A stretch of DNA of 64,000 nucleotides from Akkermansiaceae bacterium (GTDB lineage: Bacteria > Verrucomicrobiota > Verrucomicrobiia > Verrucomicrobiales > Akkermansiaceae). The notes under the pieces were generated by a model. It was not told the origin of the DNA, searched no databases, and saw only the letters and a list, made by a program, of their open reading frames with translations. This document shows positions 27,215 through 37,864 of this stretch, in pieces. Position 1 is the first letter of the stretch. Every line of letters starts with the position of its first letter. A program made the translations under genes and the position numbers. The stretch is taken from NCBI GenBank assembly GCA_051251915.1, contig JBPOGF010000016.1, forward strand, positions 1 through 64,000, read 5' to 3'.

Positions 27215-28129
27215 TTAAGGTTTTCTGGCTACTGCTAGGAGGGTTTGGAAGTGGGGTGGTTCTGGTTCTTTGTCGGCGATGACTACGTCGATGGAGTGGA
27301 AGCCGGCTTGGGTGATGATGGTGAAGAGTTCTACTTCGGAGAAGCCTAGGTGGAGGTCGTAGTAGAGTTCTTTGGCTTGCTCGAAGTTGTGTTGGAGGAG
27401 GTCTAGGACGATGAGGGTGCCGCCGGGTTTGAGGATGCGGAGGGCTTCGCGGAGGGCTTTGGCTGGGCGTTCGGCGTGGTGGAGGGCTTGGCTGAAAATG
27501 GCGAGGTCGACGGAGGTGTCATCGATGGGCGGGGCGGAGATGTCTCCTTGGCGGTATTCTAGGTTTGGGAGGTCGTGTTCTTTGGCGAGCTTGGTGCCGA
27601 ATTCGACCATTTTTTCTGAGGAGTCGATTGCGATGACCTTTTTGGCGCGTTGGGCGAGGAGTTGGGAGAGAGTGCCTTCTCCTGCGCCTAGGTCTGCTAC
27701 TGTGTCGTAGTTGAGGATTTTGAGGAGAGCTTCTGCTAGGGCTTTCCATGATCTGCCAGGAACGTATTGTTTGCCGAATTTTCCTGCGAGTTGGTCGAAG
27801 TAGGCTTTTGATTTATTGCGGCGTTTGCTGAGGAGGTGTTTGAGTGCTGCTTTGTCTTGTTGTGTTTCTTGTAGTTCTTTGGCAGCTGCGGTGATGATGG
27901 AGGTAAGGTTTGTGGGGATGGATGCGGAGTAGAGGTTATTTTTACCAACGCGGCGGTCAGTGGTTAGGTCTTCGTTTCTGAGTTGTGAGAGCTGGGTGGA
28001 GATGCGGCTTTGTCCCATGTTTAGGACTTCTTGGAGGTCAGCGACGCTGAGTTCTTGGTCATCTAATAAATGGAGGATGCGAAGGCGGGTGGGGTCTGAG
28101 ATAATTTTGAGTGAATTAATAATTGACAT
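27215..28129 (-). CDS. sahR: ArsR-HTH plus SAM-methyltransferase-fold regulator (SahR type)
   Basis: SDPTRLRIL..L..ELSV..L HTH; VADLGAGEG SAM motif; divergent from metK-ahcY. Confidence 0.8.
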   Translation of the reverse strand: MSIINSLKIISDPTRLRILHLLDDQELSVADLQEVLNMGQSRISTQLSQLRNEDLTTDRRVGKNNLYSASIPTNLTSIITAAAKELQETQQDKAALKHLLSKRRNKSKAYFDQLAGKFGKQYVPGRSWKALAEALLKILNYDTVADLGAGEGTLSQLLAQRAKKVIAIDSSEKMVEFGTKLAKEHDLPNLEYRQGDISAPPIDDTSVDLAIFSQALHHAERPAKALREALRILKPGGTLIVLDLLQHNFEQAKELYYDLHLGFSEVELFTIITQAGFHSIDVVIADKEPEPPHFQTLLAVARKP

Positions 28130-28174
28130 TAGGATAAGCTGATTTATATCAACGTATCAAGATTCGTTGATACG
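28128..28174. promoter_or_regulatory. Two putative SahR operators
   Basis: Perfect palindrome CGTATCAA-N6-TTGATACG (28153-28174) and degenerate ATTAG-N6-CTGAT (28128-28143). Confidence 0.7.
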
Positions 28175-28192
28175 ATCAAGCTAATAAAAATT

Positions 28193-29371
28193 ATGTCTAG
28201 ACCATTTATATTCTCATCAGAGTCCGTTACTGAGGGCCACCCAGATAAAGTATGTGATACCATTTCCGATGCGATTTTGGATGCGTGTCTTGAACAGGAT
28301 GTTAACAGCCGTGTGGCTTGTGAAACGTTTGTTAAGGACAATGTTGTTGGATTGGCTGGGGAAATCACGACTCATGCTGATTTTGATAGTCGTGCAATCG
28401 TTGAGAAGGCGATTCGTGAAATTGGTTACACTGATCATGCTTGTAAATTCAATGCTGATAGTTTCTTTTTCATGAACCTTATTGGTCAGCAGTCACCGGA
28501 CATTGCACAGGGTGTAGATGAGAGAGGTGCAGATCATAAGACGACTGAAGAGCAGGGGGCAGGGGATCAAGGGATCATGTTTGGTTATGCTTGTGATGAG
28601 ACTAAGGAGTTGATGCCGGCGCCTGTTTCTTGGTCACATAAGCTGGGTAAAGAGCTGACGCTCTTGCGTAAGTCAGGTAAGCATACTTGGCTTAGACCGG
28701 ATTCTAAGACTCAGGTTTCTATGCAGTATGTGGATGGTAAACCTACACATGTGACAGCTGTGGTTGTTTCTACGATGCATGAAGAAGGTATGACGACTCC
28801 TGAGATTAGAGAAATTTTAGAGAAGGATTTAATTCGCAGGGTGATTCCTGCATCATTGATCACTAAGGAAACTGAGCTGCTGATTAATCCTACTGGACAG
28901 TTTGTGATTGGTGGGCCGGAAGGTGATGCTGGTTTGACTGGACGTAAAATTATTGTGGATACTTACGGTGGAATGGGTCGCCATGGTGGTGGGGCATTTT
29001 CGGGGAAAGATCCATCTAAGGTGGATAGATCTGCTGCTTACATGTGTCGTTGGGTTGCGAAGAATATCGTGGCTGCGGGACTTGCTACGAAGGCTGAGCT
29101 TCAGGTGGCGTATGCGATCGGGCATCCGCATCCGGTGAGTGTGAGTGTGGATACATTTGGGACAAACAATGTGGATGAAGCTGCGATTGAGAAGGCTATT
29201 CAAGATGTGTTTTCTTTCAAGCCGGCTGACATCATTGCTCAGCTTGATCTACTCAGACCGATCTACAAATATACAACGAACTATGGTCATTTTGGCCGTG
29301 AAGATAATCTATCTGCTCTCACTTGGGAAAAAACTAACAAAGTGGATGAGCTTAAGAGCCTCCTAGGCTAA
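28193..29371 (+). CDS. metK: S-adenosylmethionine synthetase
   Basis: [48 protein letters not shown]. Confidence 0.98.
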   Translation: MSRPFIFSSESVTEGHPDKVCDTISDAILDACLEQDVNSRVACETFVKDNVVGLAGEITTHADFDSRAIVEKAIREIGYTDHACKFNADSFFFMNLIGQQSPDIAQGVDERGADHKTTEEQGAGDQGIMFGYACDETKELMPAPVSWSHKLGKELTLLRKSGKHTWLRPDSKTQVSMQYVDGKPTHVTAVVVSTMHEEGMTTPEIREILEKDLIRRVIPASLITKETELLINPTGQFVIGGPEGDAGLTGRKIIVDTYGGMGRHGGGAFSGKDPSKVDRSAAYMCRWVAKNIVAAGLATKAELQVAYAIGHPHPVSVSVDTFGTNNVDEAAIEKAIQDVFSFKPADIIAQLDLLRPIYKYTTNYGHFGREDNLSALTWEKTNKVDELKSLLG

Positions 29372-29391
29372 ACACTAACAAAATTATTATT

Positions 29392-30822
29392 ATGTCAACA
29401 ACACTAGAACAACCTAAGACAGACGATTATAAGATCGCGGATATATCACTTGCCGATTGGGGCAGAAAAGAGATCGACGTAGCTGAGCATGAGATGCCTG
29501 GTTTGATGGCGATCCGTAAGAAGCATGCAGCGGCTAAGCCATTGGCTGGTGTGCGCATTATGGGGTCACTTCACATGACGATTCAGACAGCGGTTCTTAT
29601 TGAGACGCTGGTTGAGTTGGGTGCTAATGTGCGCTGGTGTTCATGTAACATTTTCTCAACTCAGGATCATGCAGCGGCGGCGATAGCAGCGGCTGGGGTT
29701 CCTGTGTTTGCCTGGAAGGGCGAGACACTTGAGGAATACTGGGACTGCACCTTGAAGGCGCTTACATTCCCTGGCAATAAGGGACCTGAGCTTATCGTTG
29801 ATGATGGTGGTGATGCGACTCTTCTTATTCACAAGGGTAAGGATTTAGAGGATGGGTGTGACTGGGTGAATGGACCTGCTGAGAATATTGAAGAGGGGTG
29901 TGTGAAAGCGATCCTTAAGAAGACATTAGCTGAGCGTCCTGGATTCTGGGGTGGTGTAGTGGCTGAGTGTAAGGGTGTGTCTGAGGAGACAACTACTGGT
30001 GTTCATAGACTGCAGCAGATGGTTGAGAATGGTGAGCTATTGTTCCCAGCGATCAACGTGAATGATTCTGTGACTAAGTCAAAATTTGATAACCTTTACG
30101 GTTGCCGCGAGTCACTTGTGGATGGGATCAAGCGTGCTACTGACGTGATGATCTCTGGTAAGCATGCTGTTGTGTGTGGTTATGGTGATGTGGGTAAGGG
30201 ATCTGCGCAGGCGTTGAAAAACATGGGTGCGATTGTTACTGTTACTGAGATTGACCCTATCTGTGCGCTTCAGGCTGCGATGGAAGGGTATCAGGTTAAC
30301 ACGATTGAGAGCACTCTTGGGACTGCTGATATTTATGTGACTACTACTGGTAACAAGGACATTATTACGTTTGATCACATGAAGCAGATGAAGGATCAGG
30401 CGATTGTATGTAACATTGGTCATTTTGATAATGAGATCCAAGGTGAGAAGCTTACGAGTACTCCTGGTGTGACGCATTTGAACATTAAGCCACAGGTTGA
30501 TAAGTATACTTTCCCTGATGGAAATAGTATTTATTTGCTAGCTGAAGGTCGTTTGATCAATCTTGGTTGTGCGACTGGTCATCCATCATTTGTGATGTCT
30601 AATAGCTTTGCTAATCAGACATTGGCGCAAATTGATCTGTGGGCGAATAAGGATGCGTATGAGAATAAGCTGTATCTTCTTCCTAAGGCACTGGATGAGG
30701 AAGTGGCGAGACTCCACCTTGAGAAGATAGGAGCTAAGCTTACTGTTCTTTCTCAGGAGCAGGCTGACTATATTCATGTTCCTGTTGAGGGGCCATACAA
30801 GCCTGAGACTTACAGATACTAA
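29392..30822 (+). CDS. ahcY: S-adenosylhomocysteine hydrolase
   Basis: [58 protein letters not shown]. Confidence 0.98.
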   Translation: MSTTLEQPKTDDYKIADISLADWGRKEIDVAEHEMPGLMAIRKKHAAAKPLAGVRIMGSLHMTIQTAVLIETLVELGANVRWCSCNIFSTQDHAAAAIAAAGVPVFAWKGETLEEYWDCTLKALTFPGNKGPELIVDDGGDATLLIHKGKDLEDGCDWVNGPAENIEEGCVKAILKKTLAERPGFWGGVVAECKGVSEETTTGVHRLQQMVENGELLFPAINVNDSVTKSKFDNLYGCRESLVDGIKRATDVMISGKHAVVCGYGDVGKGSAQALKNMGAIVTVTEIDPICALQAAMEGYQVNTIESTLGTADIYVTTTGNKDIITFDHMKQMKDQAIVCNIGHFDNEIQGEKLTSTPGVTHLNIKPQVDKYTFPDGNSIYLLAEGRLINLGCATGHPSFVMSNSFANQTLAQIDLWANKDAYENKLYLLPKALDEEVARLHLEKIGAKLTVLSQEQADYIHVPVEGPYKPETYRY

Positions 30823-30850
30823 GATTCTTAGGTATTACTTTTAGATAAAC

Positions 30851-30883
30851 AAAAAGCACCAAGGTTTTCCTTGGTGCTTTTTT
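30851..30883. terminator. Bidirectional intrinsic terminator
   Basis: aaaaagcaccaagg-tttt-ccttggtgctttttt between convergent genes. Confidence 0.85.
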
Positions 30884-30896
30884 AGGTTGATGGTGG

Positions 30897-32414
30897 TTAT
30901 TCTCTGGGGCCGATGTCGGTTTTACCGATTAGTGGTTGTTTATCTCCTGGGGTGCTGCGGCCGTTGGCTACGTATTGTTCGAGGAGGGCTTTGAGTTCAG
31001 CGACTTTGTCTGGGCTTTGGGCGTAGAGGTTGTTTTTTTCGCCTGGATCGGTTGCGAGGTTGTAGAGTTGCATTGGTGGTGCGTCTGCTGGTGCTTTACC
31101 TGGTTGTGGGGCGCTCCAGCCTCCTGAGCCTTTGCAGAGGCAGAGTTTCCAGTCGCCTTGACGGATGGCGAAGGCGCCTAGGAATGAGTGACTGACGATA
31201 GCGTCTCGCTTGGTTTCTGATGGGTTTTTGAGGGTGGTGAGGAATGAGACACTGTCGACGCCGTCGCTTGGTTTCATATGATGTCCTGTAATTTCTGCGA
31301 TTGTTGAGAATACGTCTGTCTGGCAGGTGAGTCTATTGGTGACTGTGGCTGGTTTGATGTTGTTTGGCCAGCGGATGATAAATGGGACGCGGTGCCCGCC
31401 TTCGTAGATGTCTGCTTTGGTGCCTCTGTAGATGCCGCTTGGGATGTGGTCATGTTTAGCGAGGTTGGGGATTTTGGCTTGTGGTGAGCAGCCGTTATCG
31501 GTTGTGAATAGGACGATGGTGTTCTGGGATAGGTTGTTTTTTTCTAGTGCTTGGAGGACTTCGCCAACTACCCAGTCTGTCTCCATGAGGAAGTCACCGT
31601 ATTGGCCGATGCCTGACTTACCTGCCCATTTTTCACTGGGGACGATGGGTGTGTGTGGTGAGGTGAGGGGGAGGTAGAGGAAGAATGGCTTGTCTTCTTT
31701 TGCGCGCTCGTTGATGTAGTTTACTGATTGAGCTGCGAAGTCTCTGAGGCATTGGTTGGCTTCGAAGTCTGCTGCTGCTGCGCCTTTTCTGAAGAATGCT
31801 TTGGTGACTGTTCCAGGCTTGGTTGCCATTTCATTTTTGATGTAGACGTAGGGGGCCATGTCAAGTGAGGCTTGGATACCCCAGAAGTAGTCGAATCCTA
31901 CGGATGTGGGTGTGACTGCTGGTTTGGAGTAGTCGATATCCCATCCTTGTTCGCCTTTTTTGTCTTCGGGGAGTTTGAAGTCCTTGAGGAACTGCCAGCC
32001 GATTCCTAGGTGCCATTTTCCGATGCATGCGGTGTGATAGCCTTGGTCTTGGAGGATGGTGCCGAGGGTGGACTCATCTGACTCGATGAGTGGTTTGTCG
32101 TGAGGGTTGAAGAATACGCTGCGTTTGAGTCTGGTGCGCCAGTTGTATCTACCTGTGAGGCATGAGTAGCGGGTGGGGGTGCAGACTGCGGATGAGGTGT
32201 GGGCGTCCGTGAATCTCATTCCTTCGGCTGCGAGTTGGTCGATGAAGGGGGTGGGGGCTTTGCCTCCGTTGTGTGATACGTCACCGACTCCCATGTCATC
32301 AGCGAGGATGAATATGAAGTTGGGTTTGGATGAAGGGGGATTGTCTTGGGCAATAGCTGAAGACCATGCCAAGCTAGAAATGGTAGCAGTTGTGATTAAT
32401 GTGGTTATTTTCAT
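30897..32414 (-). CDS. Exported S1 family sulfatase
   Basis: Signal peptide; PNFIFILADD, CTPTR formylglycine motif, GKWHLG, EGGHRVP. Confidence 0.93.
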   Translation of the reverse strand: MKITTLITTATISSLAWSSAIAQDNPPSSKPNFIFILADDMGVGDVSHNGGKAPTPFIDQLAAEGMRFTDAHTSSAVCTPTRYSCLTGRYNWRTRLKRSVFFNPHDKPLIESDESTLGTILQDQGYHTACIGKWHLGIGWQFLKDFKLPEDKKGEQGWDIDYSKPAVTPTSVGFDYFWGIQASLDMAPYVYIKNEMATKPGTVTKAFFRKGAAAADFEANQCLRDFAAQSVNYINERAKEDKPFFLYLPLTSPHTPIVPSEKWAGKSGIGQYGDFLMETDWVVGEVLQALEKNNLSQNTIVLFTTDNGCSPQAKIPNLAKHDHIPSGIYRGTKADIYEGGHRVPFIIRWPNNIKPATVTNRLTCQTDVFSTIAEITGHHMKPSDGVDSVSFLTTLKNPSETKRDAIVSHSFLGAFAIRQGDWKLCLCKGSGGWSAPQPGKAPADAPPMQLYNLATDPGEKNNLYAQSPDKVAELKALLEQYVANGRSTPGDKQPLIGKTDIGPRE

Positions 32415-32637
32415 AGATCTGGATTGTTGATGAGCTTAGTTTTTTTAGCCCTTTCAGTTCAAGGGGGAAATGATTGTGGTTAGTGTATACATGGAAAACT
32501 TGAGTAATCTTTTCAAAAAACATGTTTTTAGGCTGGATTTTTGGTGGTCTGGCGTTATGGTTCCGATCTCAGCGGGGGATACTTTGACTTGATTTTCCGC
32601 TCTAATTCACACTGTTGCAACGAATTCGAACCATTTC

Positions 32638-33378
32638 ATGAAAAAATTAACGACTATACTCAGCCTCTTTTTTGTTATTGAGATTCATTCTCAGGAGCTG
32701 GTGAGCCAACACGATGTAGCCAAAGAACTGATCCGTCAGTGGGTACACACCGAGAAACAACTGAGCGAAGAACAGGAAACTTGGAACCAAGAGAAGGCGC
32801 ATATTTCTGAGTTACTAGAGTTGTATGCTAAAGAATTGACTCATCTTAATGAGGAGTTGGAGGCTGTTCCATCTGTTGAATTGGATGATGAGAAAAAGCA
32901 GGAGTTGGAGAAGCAGATCAAACTGGATGATCAGAAGCGTGTGCAGTTGAGGACATTTTTATTGAGGCAGAAGCCTAGGATTTTAGCTTTGGTGAAGAAG
33001 TTTCCGGAGCCACTACAAGATCAAATATCGGAGACAGTTGAGGTTCTTAAGTCACCGGATGTTGATAGTTCGGCTCGTGATTTGTTGATGCCGATGTTAA
33101 GTATCATTGATTCTGGGAATAGTTTTAACGATGGGGTGTTTAGAACCAGTCAGCAGATTGTTATCGGTGATGAAGAGTGGCAGGCAGAGGTGATGTATCT
33201 TGGGCTGGCGCGCGCATATTTTTGGGTGGATGAGAAGGCTGGAATCGGATCACCAAGTGCTGAGGGGTGGCAGTGGAAGCGAGATGACGCTCAGGTGGCA
33301 GAGGTAAAGAAAGCGATGTCTGTGTTTGATAAGCAGACTCAACCACAACTCATTGAACTCCCACTTAAAGTAAATTAA
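32638..33378 (+). CDS. DUF3450-like exported coiled-coil protein of a TonB operon
   Basis: Signal peptide, coiled coil, LGLARAY, W.W and LIELPL tail; first gene of ExbB/ExbD/TonB cluster. Confidence 0.7.
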   Translation: MKKLTTILSLFFVIEIHSQELVSQHDVAKELIRQWVHTEKQLSEEQETWNQEKAHISELLELYAKELTHLNEELEAVPSVELDDEKKQELEKQIKLDDQKRVQLRTFLLRQKPRILALVKKFPEPLQDQISETVEVLKSPDVDSSARDLLMPMLSIIDSGNSFNDGVFRTSQQIVIGDEEWQAEVMYLGLARAYFWVDEKAGIGSPSAEGWQWKRDDAQVAEVKKAMSVFDKQTQPQLIELPLKVN

Positions 33379-33379
33379 T

Positions 33380-34720
33380 ATGACTGCAAAATCACACATC
33401 AAGTTATTGGTCATCTGCTGCACTGGCGTGATCACATCTGCGCTTTCAGCTCAGACATCGGCTGATATTTCTAGTATTAAGAAGGACCTAGAGGCTAGCG
33501 GGAAGAGGTTAACGGAGCATCGTGAATCAGTGACTACTGAGAAGGTAGAGCTGGCTAAAAAACTTACCTCGACGCAAGCTGAGATTACAGAGAAGCGACG
33601 TAAATCTAGACTTGCTGAAATGGGGAATGCTGATCGGAGGATAGTCCTGGCTAAACTTCAGGGTGCGGCATCTGCTAAGAGTCGGGAGGTGGATTATCTA
33701 GGTAAGCAGCTTGGAGCCTTTAATGGCAAATTAGCGGCTTCAATGTTTAAAGGGGAGAGTGTGAATGCGGATCAGTTACCGAAGGATGATTCTCTAACGG
33801 AGCGGATGAAAGCTCTTGAAGCTGGGATAGATCGTTTGGAGATGATGATTGGTGGTGCTGTTGTTGAGGCTGAGGTTGCGGATGCGGACGGTAAGATACA
33901 GACAGGTAAGCTAGTTAGTTTTGGGCCTGTTGCTTGGTTTGCAGGTAGTGCAGCAGAGAGTTCTGGTGCGGTGGTAGTGGATAAGACTTCTCGTGTTGCG
34001 AGGCTTGTGGATGGGGCTAACCCTGATATTGCGAAATTAGTTTCTGGTGAGGAAGTGAGTTTATCGATGGATCTTACTGGTGGGAAAGCGCGTGCGCTGG
34101 CTTCTATTAGTAATACGCCGTTGGACTTATTTAGTAAGGGGGGGGCTTGGATTTGGCCGATTGTTGCTATTGCACTGGTTTCTATGGTTTGTGCTTTGAT
34201 AAAGTTCTTCCAGCTTTCGAAGATTAAGAATCCTAAAGGTGGATGGTTGTCTGGCCTGTTAGAGAATGTTCGTGAGGGAGATACTGATGCAGCTCAGACA
34301 GCTTGTGACGAGTTAGCTCATCCGGTGGGAGTGGTGTTGAAGAATGCTCTTTCTGGAGTGCATAAGGGGGCTGATGTGGTTGAGGAAATAGTTTATGAGC
34401 AGATGATCGATGTGCAGTCTAGGCTTCAGAAATGGTTACCATTTATAGCTATTACGGCGGCTATCGCTCCGCTGTTGGGGCTTTTGGGAACGGTGTCTGG
34501 GATGATCAGCACGTTCAATGGTTTATCTGTTGTAGGGACGGGAGATCCTAAGTTGCTTTCTGGGGGGATTTCAGAAGCGCTGGTGACTACGTTGTTTGGT
34601 TTGGTGGTGGCTATTCCTGCATTGATTCTGCATTCGTTGTTGTCTCGTAGGTCACAAGGGATTGTTCAGACAACTGAGAAAATTGGTTTAACTGTGGTGA
34701 ACTGTATTCGTAAAAAATAA
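33380..34720 (+). CDS. Long MotA/TolQ/ExbB family protein (TtpC-like)
   Basis: APLLGLLGTVSGMI.TF, GDPKLLSGGISEALVTT.FGL; long periplasmic N-terminus. Confidence 0.88.
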   Translation: MTAKSHIKLLVICCTGVITSALSAQTSADISSIKKDLEASGKRLTEHRESVTTEKVELAKKLTSTQAEITEKRRKSRLAEMGNADRRIVLAKLQGAASAKSREVDYLGKQLGAFNGKLAASMFKGESVNADQLPKDDSLTERMKALEAGIDRLEMMIGGAVVEAEVADADGKIQTGKLVSFGPVAWFAGSAAESSGAVVVDKTSRVARLVDGANPDIAKLVSGEEVSLSMDLTGGKARALASISNTPLDLFSKGGAWIWPIVAIALVSMVCALIKFFQLSKIKNPKGGWLSGLLENVREGDTDAAQTACDELAHPVGVVLKNALSGVHKGADVVEEIVYEQMIDVQSRLQKWLPFIAITAAIAPLLGLLGTVSGMISTFNGLSVVGTGDPKLLSGGISEALVTTLFGLVVAIPALILHSLLSRRSQGIVQTTEKIGLTVVNCIRKK

Positions 34721-35266
34721 ATGACTTCGCTCTTCAACCTATTCACAGAAATTAAGATCGTCTTGAGTCAAGGCGGTCCGGTTCTGTGGGTCATGATGGG
34801 ATTATCGGTCATTCTTTATGGGTTGATTATTTCTACGTGGATAGGGCTATATAAGGTGAAGCAGGAGGTGCATTCGCTGGATGAATCTAAGGTAAGTTAT
34901 CTTGATGAAAAATCTATTGGGCGCGATGTTGCGATTTTTGAGTTAGATAGATTTGCATGGGTTCAGCGACGCCTGCCGATGATTGCGGTGTTGGTAGCAG
35001 CAGCTCCGCTGTCTGGGCTATTAGGAACTGTTTTTGGAATGTTTGTGACGTTTAATGGTCTGGCTAGTCAGGCTGCAGCGAGGCCTATTGATAGTATTTC
35101 TATGGGGATTTCATCTGCGATGATCACGACTCAAGCTGGTTTATTTATGGCGATTCCAGGGGCGATATTACTCGCGTTTCTCCGTAGCCAAACGAATGGG
35201 GTGGAAGGTTACATCCAACAGAAAATGTATGAACACATGTCAACTATGAAAGGAACAAAGGTATGA
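34721..35266 (+). CDS. MotA/TolQ/ExbB family proton channel
   Basis: APLSGLLGTV.GM..TF, GIS.A.ITTQAGL. Confidence 0.88.
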   Translation: MTSLFNLFTEIKIVLSQGGPVLWVMMGLSVILYGLIISTWIGLYKVKQEVHSLDESKVSYLDEKSIGRDVAIFELDRFAWVQRRLPMIAVLVAAAPLSGLLGTVFGMFVTFNGLASQAAARPIDSISMGISSAMITTQAGLFMAIPGAILLAFLRSQTNGVEGYIQQKMYEHMSTMKGTKV

Positions 35267-35679
35267 GGAGGATGAGACATTTTTCATCGAACAATGATAA
35301 CGAAGCAGTCATTGATATGTCACCACTGATCGACGTGGTGTTCATCTTATTGATCTTTTTTATCGTCACTACTGTTTTCAATAATGAAGCGGGGGTGGAC
35401 GTGGCTAAACCTCCGAAAATGGCGAGTAGTAAATCGCTGGATAGTAATGCGATCATGATTGCAGTTACTAATAACGGGCAGGTTTATTATGCGGGTAGGA
35501 ATATTGGGATTAGCGGGGTGGCTGGTGCTGTGTCTGTGGCGCAGGCTGGAGGAGATCCGTTGCCGTTAATCATTCAGGGGGATTTCAATGCTCAGCATGG
35601 GATCATTACTAAAGTCATTGGTGCTGCTACTGAAGCAGGGGTGAAGTCGGTAGCTATCAGTACGAGTAACAACAATTAA
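35263..35679 (+). CDS. exbD: Biopolymer transport protein ExbD
   Basis: IDMSPLIDVVFILLIFFIVTT. Confidence 0.92.
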   Translation: MRRMRHFSSNNDNEAVIDMSPLIDVVFILLIFFIVTTVFNNEAGVDVAKPPKMASSKSLDSNAIMIAVTNNGQVYYAGRNIGISGVAGAVSVAQAGGDPLPLIIQGDFNAQHGIITKVIGAATEAGVKSVAISTSNNN

Positions 35680-35690
35680 CGAAGAAAATT

Positions 35691-36437
35691 ATGTTTTTAA
35701 AATCTATTTTTACAGGAACACTTATTACGGCAATTCTGGTGTCTGTTTTGGCGGCGACACGCTTGATGAATACTGATGCTGTGGCTGCAGATCTTGTGCT
35801 TTACGAGATTGAGGAGATCATGATGACTCCTGAGCCAGAGCCTCCGTTAGAGGAAGAGAAGATGGAGGAAGAGGAGATGGCTGAAAGCTTACCTCAAGCG
35901 CCGATCCCAGCAATGGACTTGCTTACTGATAATTCGATAGATTCCACACCGCTACCACTTACGACTGCGAGTTTTGACCCTAAGCTTGCTGTTAGTCCGT
36001 TTGAAATAGATAGAGAGCCGGCGGATCTTCCTGTGGTGAAGTCTCCGCCGAAGCCTAAGCCGGTAACAACGAAACGCACGTATACTCCTAAGTCAAAACC
36101 GAAGCCACGTTCTAAGCCGTCGCCTCCGCCGCGGGAGGTGATCAAGTCCAGTTATTCACCGAGCGAGCTAGACCGGATGCCTAGGGAGCTTAGGCAAGGG
36201 AGCTTCACCTGGCCGAGTAGTGCTAAGGGGACGAACGGGACAGTAAAGATTCTGTTAGAAATTAGCACTTCTGGCAGAGTGAAGGTACTGAGCGTGTTGT
36301 CATCAAGTGATTCTAGGCTGGTGTCAGCTGCGAAGCGTGTGGCATCTGGGAGCCGTTATACAGCACCAACTTATCGGGGGAAGCCCGTGAAAACTAAATT
36401 TTACAAAACCTATCACCTCAAGAAACCGAGAAGATAA
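35691..36437 (+). CDS. TonB-like energy transducer
   Basis: N-terminal TM, PEPEPP and PKPKP linkers, TonB C-domain-like G.VKILLEISTSG.V ... P..RGKPV. Confidence 0.75.
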   Translation: MFLKSIFTGTLITAILVSVLAATRLMNTDAVAADLVLYEIEEIMMTPEPEPPLEEEKMEEEEMAESLPQAPIPAMDLLTDNSIDSTPLPLTTASFDPKLAVSPFEIDREPADLPVVKSPPKPKPVTTKRTYTPKSKPKPRSKPSPPPREVIKSSYSPSELDRMPRELRQGSFTWPSSAKGTNGTVKILLEISTSGRVKVLSVLSSSDSRLVSAAKRVASGSRYTAPTYRGKPVKTKFYKTYHLKKPRR

Positions 36438-37816
36438 TGTCTAAATCAACCACTAAAATTTTTCTAACAAGCCTAGTCATCGGCTCTCTAACAGCACATG
36501 GTGCTGAGTCTTTACCATTGTCAAAAGACTACTGGAAGAGTGATGCTTTTAAAAAGTCATTCAATGGATCATATCGCATTAATGCCCGTATTGAACCCTT
36601 CGTGGATACTAAAGAACGTGTGTTGCTGGTAGCGGTGCAGGATTTGATGGCGAAGGGTGAGAGAGTCACGGCGCTGAAGAAGCTGAAGGATAGTTCACTG
36701 GCTTCAAGTTCAGCTGCTGTGATGTTTAACATTGGGAATATAGCCTTTGAAACTGGGGATCTTGAGGAAGCTGAAAAACAGTATTTGGCAGCGGTGAAGA
36801 CTTTCCCAACGTTCCTTAGAGCTTATCAGAACCTAGCATTTGTCTATGCGAGAGAAGCTGAGTATGACAAGGCGTTCCCTCATCTGTTAGAGGTGGTTCG
36901 TTTGGGTTCACAGGATGGAGCTGTGATGGGGTTATTAGGCTATTGTTATCAAGAGAAAGAAAATTTCACATCAGCGCTGCAGGCGTTTAAGAATGCTCAG
37001 TTGACTGAGCCTGAGAACTTGGAATGGAAGGTAGGGGAGGCGTATTGCTATGATTCCCTCGGTGAGGATGCAAAGGCGCTGAATCTTTATGAGTCCATTG
37101 TAAAGGAGAAGCCAGGTGAGCCACAGTATATGTTTTTACTGATTAATCTGTACCAGAGGACTGGGCAAATCGAAGAGGCTATTGTGAATCTGGAGCTCCT
37201 TCGAAGACAGGATAAACTTGATGTTTCTAACCAACTTCTATTGGGAGCTTTGCATCTTAGTGATGGTAGCATGGTGATAGGTTCTGATGTGATTCGTGAG
37301 GTGCTGAAGTCTGAGGAGCTGACTGATGCGGATCTCGCGATGAATGCGGTTGGTTTTGCTGTTGCTCGTAGGGAGTATGAATTGGCGTTAGAATTTCATA
37401 GTCTAGTGAAGCCTGAGTTGGTTGAAAAACTTACCTCTAAGACTCGCTACCAAAGGCAAGAGGCGCAGATTTTGATGTTGCAGGATAAGGAGGTAGAAAA
37501 AGCGGTTGGGATTCTTAAAGAATTGATCGCTGCTGATCCACTGGATGCGGATACGCTTTACCTTTTGGCGAAGCATGAAGCGACGAATAAGCAGGAAGAG
37601 CTGGCGCTGCTTCATTTCCAGCAGGCACATGCTGGTACAGGAAAGATGAAGGATCCTGCGCTGTTAGAGCGTGGTAAGGTGTTGGTGCATTTGCAACGTT
37701 ATGAGGAGGCTTTGAAGGATCTAACAGAATATCAAGTGTATGCTGAAGGTTCTCAGGTTGACCAGCTGAAAACCTATATTGATGCAGTGAAGAGTCTTGG
37801 TAAAGCTAGTAAATAG
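36437..37816 (+). CDS. Exported TPR protein
   Basis: Signal peptide; multiple TPR-like helical repeats. Confidence 0.85.
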   Translation: MSKSTTKIFLTSLVIGSLTAHGAESLPLSKDYWKSDAFKKSFNGSYRINARIEPFVDTKERVLLVAVQDLMAKGERVTALKKLKDSSLASSSAAVMFNIGNIAFETGDLEEAEKQYLAAVKTFPTFLRAYQNLAFVYAREAEYDKAFPHLLEVVRLGSQDGAVMGLLGYCYQEKENFTSALQAFKNAQLTEPENLEWKVGEAYCYDSLGEDAKALNLYESIVKEKPGEPQYMFLLINLYQRTGQIEEAIVNLELLRRQDKLDVSNQLLLGALHLSDGSMVIGSDVIREVLKSEELTDADLAMNAVGFAVARREYELALEFHSLVKPELVEKLTSKTRYQRQEAQILMLQDKEVEKAVGILKELIAADPLDADTLYLLAKHEATNKQEELALLHFQQAHAGTGKMKDPALLERGKVLVHLQRYEEALKDLTEYQVYAEGSQVDQLKTYIDAVKSLGKASK

Positions 37817-37864
37817 GAATGGTTAGAATATAGGAGGTGTCTTGAGGTCGTGCTTTTTTAGTAT

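Noticed and set aside
28130..28192. SAM or SAH riboswitch before metK-ahcY
   Set aside because: Only 63 bp, occupied by operator palindromes, with no aptamer consensus.
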